This document shows positions 58,840-64,000 of a stretch of DNA of 64,000 nt, piece by piece. Below the pieces are notes generated by a model. The model was given only the letters and a program-made list of their open reading frames with translations. It was not told the origin of the DNA and ran no database searches. The stretch lies in the sequence record SRR31156797_2820, one strand, 5' to 3'. The translations under genes and the position numbers were made by a program. How positions within the stretch are numbered: the stretch's first letter is position 1; every line of letters starts with the position of its first letter.

Positions 58840-59832
58840 CTATGCTTTTCCGCTTAATATGTCGGCAACATCTTTTGCATGATATGTGATAATGATATCT
58901 GCACCAGCTCTTTTAATTGACATCATGATTTCCATCATAACACGCTTTCCATCTATCCAATCGTTCGCTTCAGCAGCTTTCACCATCGAAAATTCTCCAC
59001 TTACATTGTAAGCTGCAACTGGTACATTAAATTCGTGCTTGGTACGGTAAATTACATCCAAATAACTTAAAGCTGGTTTTACCATTACAATATCCGCACC
59101 TTCAGCAATATCCATCTCTACCTCACGAATGGCTTCATCGCTATTTCGTGGATCCATTTGGTAAGTAGAACGATCGCCAAACTGAGGTGCACTATCTGCT
59201 GCATCTCTGAATGGACCATAAAAACCTGATGCATATTTTGCAGAATAAGCCATGATAGGAATTTTCTCAAAGCAATTCTCATCCAATGCTTTTCTCATGT
59301 ATCCAATTCTACCATCCATCATATCACTTGGTGCAACCATATCAACACCTGCTTCAGCCAAAGAAACTGCCTGAGCTGCTAATGTTACCAATGTCTGATC
59401 ATTGTCTACATCACCATCTACAATTGTACCACAATGTCCGTGTGTTGTATACTCGCAATTACAGATATCAGCAATAATATACATTTCAGGATGCGTTTCT
59501 TTAATTGCTCTGGTAGCTTTTTGAACGATTCCATGATCGTGTGTTGCTACAGTTCCATCCTCATCTTTCGATTCTGGAATTCCAAAAAGTAAAACAGATC
59601 TTACTCCCGACTTTAATAATTCGCCACATTTCTCTACCAACATGTCAATAGATAACTGATCGTTACCTGGCATACTCTTGATAGGATTTTGTATTTTTTC
59701 GCCAGGACAAACGAAAAGTGGCATAACTAAATCATCCGCAGAAAGACTGGTCTCAGCAACCATATCACGTACAACTTTACTGTAACGTAATCTTCTCATT
59801 CTGGTATCCGGAAAAAGTGGTCGTAAACTCAT
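58840..59832 (-). CDS. hemB: Porphobilinogen synthase (Zn-binding type)
   Basis: RMRRLR, DICNCEYTTHGHCG, APSDMMDGR, YSAKYAS.FYGPFRDA, MVKPAL.YLD, AYNVSGEF. Confidence 0.97.
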   Translation of the reverse strand: MSLRPLFPDTRMRRLRYSKVVRDMVAETSLSADDLVMPLFVCPGEKIQNPIKSMPGNDQLSIDMLVEKCGELLKSGVRSVLLFGIPESKDEDGTVATHDHGIVQKATRAIKETHPEMYIIADICNCEYTTHGHCGTIVDGDVDNDQTLVTLAAQAVSLAEAGVDMVAPSDMMDGRIGYMRKALDENCFEKIPIMAYSAKYASGFYGPFRDAADSAPQFGDRSTYQMDPRNSDEAIREVEMDIAEGADIVMVKPALSYLDVIYRTKHEFNVPVAAYNVSGEFSMVKAAEANDWIDGKRVMMEIMMSIKRAGADIIITYHAKDVADILSGKA

Positions 59833-59911
59833 AGTGTGTGTATTTTGTATTGTTTTGTTATATATTTAGAATCAATCATCAATTGATTCTTATTATTTTC
59901 TCACAAGGCTT

Positions 59912-60838
59912 TTAAAGATAAAAATTTATTCCTTTCGCTTTACACGTTTCTTTCATTTGTGAGGCTAATTCTTTCGATTTTTGTACCGAATCAGATACAG
60001 GAACTTCAATTTGCTCAACAATAAAATTATTGGTTTTTAGATCTCCTACGATAGCTACCATAAATAATTCCTCGCCAGTTACCACTGCATGAGCTGCCAA
60101 CGGGAATTTACAGCCTCCTTCAATTTCAGCCATAAATGCTCTTTCGGCAAAAATTGCGTTCATAGTTGGCTCATGATTCACTTTCTCGAGAATAGCAATG
60201 GTTTCAGGATCATTATCACGACATTCAATTGCAATCGCTCCTTGTCCAATTGCAGGAATACATTGATCAACATCTAAAAGTAAATTTTCATTGAACTCTT
60301 TACCCAACCTATTCATTCCGGCAGCTGCTAAAATTATGGCATCATATTCACCATCCATTAACTTTTGCATTCTGGTATCGATATTACCACGAATCTCCTT
60401 AAATTCGATATCGCTTCTCAAATCAGCCAGTTGAACTCTTCTTCTCGGACTACCTGTTCCCAACACAAATCCCTTAGGCATTTCGTCAATTGTACTACCA
60501 TCTCTACTCAGGAAAACATCACGAACATCTTCTCTCTCCGGAAAAGCAACTAATTTCAATCCCGAAGGATGAAAACTCGGTACATCTTTCAAACTATGAA
60601 TGGCAATATCAGCCTCATTTTCTAATAAAGCATGCTCTAATTCTTTTACAAAAAGTCCGGTTGTTCCAAATTCAGTTAGAGAGCGATTTAAAACTCTATC
60701 GCCTTGAGTACTGAATTTTTTCACTTCAAATTCAACTTCAGGATTTGCTTTTTGTAACAATTCCACAGTTTGCATGGTTTGAGTATAAGCAAGCAAACTT
60801 GGGCGAGTAGCTACAACAATCTTCTTTTTATCAGACAT
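59912..60838 (-). CDS. hemC: Hydroxymethylbilane synthase
   Basis: ATRPSLLAYTQ, GLFVKELE, HSLKDVP, GTGSPRRR, IRGNIDTR, ILAAAGMNRL, EGGCKFP. Confidence 0.97.
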   Translation of the reverse strand: MSDKKKIVVATRPSLLAYTQTMQTVELLQKANPEVEFEVKKFSTQGDRVLNRSLTEFGTTGLFVKELEHALLENEADIAIHSLKDVPSFHPSGLKLVAFPEREDVRDVFLSRDGSTIDEMPKGFVLGTGSPRRRVQLADLRSDIEFKEIRGNIDTRMQKLMDGEYDAIILAAAGMNRLGKEFNENLLLDVDQCIPAIGQGAIAIECRDNDPETIAILEKVNHEPTMNAIFAERAFMAEIEGGCKFPLAAHAVVTGEELFMVAIVGDLKTNNFIVEQIEVPVSDSVQKSKELASQMKETCKAKGINFYL

Positions 60839-60882
60839 TTTGCAGGTATTTCAGGTAGTTAATAATCTTATAGAATAGAAAT

Positions 60883-60921
60883 AAAAAAGCCATATAAAAC
60901 AAGGTTTATACAGCTTTTTAT
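60883..60921 (-). terminator. Terminator-like hairpin between hemA and hemC
   Basis: aaaaaagc-ca-tataaa..caagg..tttata-ca-gcttttta. Confidence 0.5.
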
Positions 60922-60939
60922 CGAAAGCTTTTTACAGCT

Positions 60940-62193
60940 TTACGAATCCATATCCTTAAATATCATATTTAATGTTTCCATTGGACTCGATTGCTTTTTG
61001 TGATGATCTTTCAAGTGATTAATACATGCACGTGCAATTTTATTCACAATATTATTGGTGATATGTTCAACTTTTTTCAACTCATCATCAGATAATTTGT
61101 TCTTGTGATAATCCAACTCTTTCTTTTGTACTTTTTGCAAGTTTTCTTTCAATGCAACAATAACTGGTGAAAGATATTTCACCTCGAGCCATCCATAAAA
61201 CTCTCCAATCGAAGCTTGAATTATTTTTTCAGCTTCAGGAATACAAGCCTTACGCTGTTCAATTGCAGCAGAAATATGCTTCGACAATTCATCAACAGTG
61301 ATCACCAAAACATGATCCAATTCATCAATGGCTTTATCTACATTTCTAGGTACCGATAAATCAAGAACCAATTTACACGATTCAACTCCTTTAAAATGAT
61401 CAAGAGTAAGTGTTGGTTTAGATGCTCCGGTTGCCACTATTATCACTTCCGAATTATTTACCTCTTGATTCAATTTCTCAATTGTTTGATATTGAATATT
61501 GAATTTAGTAGCAAGAGCCTCAGCTTTTTCAACAGTCCTGTTCACCAATGTTAGCGAACGATTATCCATATGCTTAAGCAAATTTCCACAGGTATCTTTT
61601 CCAATATCACCAGTTCCGTACAGTAAAAAATTACAACTTTCAAGAGTTGAAACTTTATCTTTAATGTACTGAACTGCTGCATGAGAAACAGAAGCTGCTC
61701 CTTTGCTTATTTCAGTAGTATTCTTAATTTTTTTACTAGCCTGAAAAACAAAAGAAAATAGACGCGTTAAAAATGGGTTTAAAGTTCCTAAGTTTTCCGA
61801 TAACTGATAAGCATTTTTTACCTGACCAACAATTTGAAAATCCCCAATAATCTGGGAATCCAAACCTGAAGTTACCTTATACAAATGACAAATACACTCA
61901 TTTCCATGAAGCGTGTATCCATTGCAATTAAAATCATTACGATTCCCTTTACAATATTTCAAAAACAGGTCGGTAATCAGCTCTACTTGTGAAGAGTGCG
62001 CGTAAATTTCAGTACGATTACATGTTGATAAAACAATCATACCTTCAATTTCGTTGTTTTTAGCCTCCTTCAGTAAATTTTCCTGATCTTCAGCAGATAA
62101 AGAAAATTTTCCCCTTACATCGAGAGCCGTTTTTCTATAGCTAATTCCTAGTACAAATAATTTTTGTAAATTTTCTCGAATTTCTAATGACAT
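60940..62193 (-). CDS. hemA: Glutamyl-tRNA reductase
   Basis: LSTCNRTEIY, SGLDSQIIGDFQIVGQVK, GTGDIG, VNRT, DLSVPRNVD; start set at MSLEIRE. Confidence 0.95.
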   Translation of the reverse strand: MSLEIRENLQKLFVLGISYRKTALDVRGKFSLSAEDQENLLKEAKNNEIEGMIVLSTCNRTEIYAHSSQVELITDLFLKYCKGNRNDFNCNGYTLHGNECICHLYKVTSGLDSQIIGDFQIVGQVKNAYQLSENLGTLNPFLTRLFSFVFQASKKIKNTTEISKGAASVSHAAVQYIKDKVSTLESCNFLLYGTGDIGKDTCGNLLKHMDNRSLTLVNRTVEKAEALATKFNIQYQTIEKLNQEVNNSEVIIVATGASKPTLTLDHFKGVESCKLVLDLSVPRNVDKAIDELDHVLVITVDELSKHISAAIEQRKACIPEAEKIIQASIGEFYGWLEVKYLSPVIVALKENLQKVQKKELDYHKNKLSDDELKKVEHITNNIVNKIARACINHLKDHHKKQSSPMETLNMIFKDMDS

Positions 62194-62256
62194 AAAAACG
62201 GAATTTGTTTTAAGGTTTAGCACACTTGCCATATAATTTGGTGCCACAACCAGTGC

Positions 62257-62264
62257 CAAATATA
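62257..62264 (-). promoter_or_regulatory. Sigma-A -7 element for hemA
   Basis: TATATTTG on the minus strand. Confidence 0.55.
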
Positions 62265-62478
62265 AAGGTAATAATTCAAAAATCCTTGCATTTGCTATAA
62301 GTATACAAAGTATTATTAAGCACTTTGTATTTTATGAAAACCACAAAAACTCTAAAAGGATTTTAATATCTTAAATACCAAAATAATCGACATTAATTCA
62401 TAATTTTCCTATTACCAATATATTTATTCATTTAAAATAAATATAAATTTGTGGAACGATATTTTTAGATAATTACAC

Positions 62479-63312
62479 ATGAATAAAACGTCTTTTAACG
62501 GAAATAAAAAAGTAAGTATTTTGGGTTGTGGGTGGTTAGGACTTCCATTGGCTGAATATTTTATAAGGAACCAGTATGCTGTTAATGGTTCTGTTGCAGG
62601 TATAGAGAAGATTGAACTGCTTAAAAAAGCAGGTATTATTCCCTATCACATTAATCTGAATCCGAATCTGAATTTAGGTTTTGATAAAGAGTTTTTCAAT
62701 TCAAAAATACTAATTGTCAATTTTCCACCTAAAAGAAGAGATGATATTATTGATTTTCATGAGAAACAGGTCCTCTCGCTATTAAGTGTCATAAAAGGTT
62801 CTTCGGTGAAAAAAGTAATATTTGTTAGTTCAACATCGGTTTATGCCAATACTAATTCTATTGTGGACGAATTAAATGTGGATACACCCGATAAGAACAG
62901 TGGAAAAGCTTTAAGAATAGTAGAAGAATTGTTTCAAAATGAAAATTCGTTTGATACTACAATAATTAGGTTTGGTGGTTTAATTGGTTACGACCGCAAA
63001 CCAGGTAGATTTTTCGCTGGAAAAAAACAGGTGAAAGATGGTGAATCTCCAGTTAATTTAATCCATCGGGACGATTGTATTGGAATAATAAATCATATAA
63101 TTGAAAATGAATTATGGGGAGAAATCTTTAATGCTTGTTGTCCGGAACATCCTAAAAGAAAAGATTTTTATAAACATGCTGCAAAGCTTGGTGGTTTTGA
63201 ACTTCCAGAATTTTCATTAACAAAAGAACAATTTAAGATTATTAGTTCAGAGAAATTAATTAAAACCGCTGGATATTTATTTCAATTTTCTAACCCTATT
63301 GATGCGCTATAA
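62479..63312 (+). CDS. Atypical SDR / NAD(P)-dependent oxidoreductase (YeeZ-like)
   Basis: ILGCGWLGLPLA, FVSSTSVY, IRFGGLIG, PVNLIHRDDCIG. Confidence 0.85.
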   Translation: MNKTSFNGNKKVSILGCGWLGLPLAEYFIRNQYAVNGSVAGIEKIELLKKAGIIPYHINLNPNLNLGFDKEFFNSKILIVNFPPKRRDDIIDFHEKQVLSLLSVIKGSSVKKVIFVSSTSVYANTNSIVDELNVDTPDKNSGKALRIVEELFQNENSFDTTIIRFGGLIGYDRKPGRFFAGKKQVKDGESPVNLIHRDDCIGIINHIIENELWGEIFNACCPEHPKRKDFYKHAAKLGGFELPEFSLTKEQFKIISSEKLIKTAGYLFQFSNPIDAL

Positions 63313-63686
63313 TTATAGACCTAAAGTTAAACTTCATATACACATCACTAAACCATTATTTAAAAACACCTTAAGTATTATTATCTTGTTTGATTTTGGA
63401 TAATAATTAGTTGTGCGAATATGTTATTTGCAATTTTCTTATTAACCATTCTCACTCATTCTTTCGCAAATAATATAATAATCCTTATTGTCTAAATAGA
63501 CACTTACTTATTGATTTATTAATAAAATATGATAGTTTTAAAAATTATTAAACAAATGAGTGTTGATTTTACTTTTTAAACTAAAAAAAGATATAATCAT
63601 CCTTTATTTTAATACTATAATCAATTTAATGTAAACTCTTTAAGTATTTTAATTACTTTAGAACTGAAGAGAGATATTATTAAAAA

Positions 63687-63983
63687 ATGGTTTATTTACT
63701 CATTAAACAACCAACTAGGGATATTAACTCCTGGAAAAAAGCGTTCAATCGATTTTTAGATTATCGAAAAATCGGAGGAGAGCTTTCTTGTGATATATAT
63801 GAAACCCCAAAAAAGGAAAACGAACTAATTGTCCTTTCTAAATGGACATGCATGAACGATGTTAAGGAGTTTCTCTCGTCGCAATCTTTTGAAATGATTA
63901 AGGAATTGGAAAAAGAAGAACCTCTTACTGTAAAACTTCTTAACAGACAATCTCTTGGAAAATACATTCAGGATCTACATTAA
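63687..63983 (+). CDS. Small ABM-like (dimeric alpha/beta barrel) protein
   Basis: 98 aa; WKKAF...RKIGGE...IY....NELIVLSKW...VKEFLSS pattern. Confidence 0.55.
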   Translation: MVYLLIKQPTRDINSWKKAFNRFLDYRKIGGELSCDIYETPKKENELIVLSKWTCMNDVKEFLSSQSFEMIKELEKEEPLTVKLLNRQSLGKYIQDLH

Positions 63984-64000
63984 ATCCTCTACCCTAATTA

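Noticed and set aside
62226-62258. Sigma-54 promoter suggested by three TGGCA(C/A) copies upstream of hemA
   Set aside because: None has the TTGC -12 element at the required spacing, spacing between copies is irregular, and a normal TAnnTTTG element is present
63313-63686. Very AT-rich intergenic stretch (also 55246-55603) examined for tRNA, ncRNA or an origin
   Set aside because: No cloverleaf, riboswitch motif or repeated DnaA-box pattern recognised

Overview
AT-rich chromosomal window from a Bacteroidota organism. TAnnTTTG -7 promoter elements, a long SecA, a GldM-like gene and DUF2023 point there; a marine Marinifilaceae/Marinilabiliales-type host is my inference. The housekeeping backbone is rpmB (partial), YitT, dcp, proBA, photolyase, an ECF sigma/anti-sigma/DUF4097 operon, a MutS-domain ATPase, lgt-secA, two ferritins, flavodoxin-DUF2023, icd, dnaX, a long RelA/SpoT homologue, and a split heme cluster (hemD-hemL; hemA-hemC-hemB-hemE). 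Accessory patches lie at about 13.4-18.7 kb, 27.4-43.8 kb and 54.5-57.7 kb. No rRNA, tRNA, CRISPR array or intact transposase/integrase was recognised. Top candidate system: an exported ~130-aa uORF directly upstream of secA that ends in HIRAPG-ILC*, which looks like a SecM/ApcA-type translation-arrest secretion monitor. Other highlights: an intact orphan contractile-injection-system tube gene behind an internally deleted sheath gene; a five-unit 23-bp palindromic tandem array beside an HU/DUF4469 gene; a degenerate crotonase-fold gene inside a TetR-controlled RND operon with two matching operators; dnaX slippage sites; a frameshifted ankyrin lipoprotein inside a block flanked by a duplicated 37-bp terminator; a stand-alone truncated GldM-like lipoprotein; and a shared candidate iron-regulator box at the ferritin and flavodoxin promoters. 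All family assignments come from reading motifs by eye, not from database searches.
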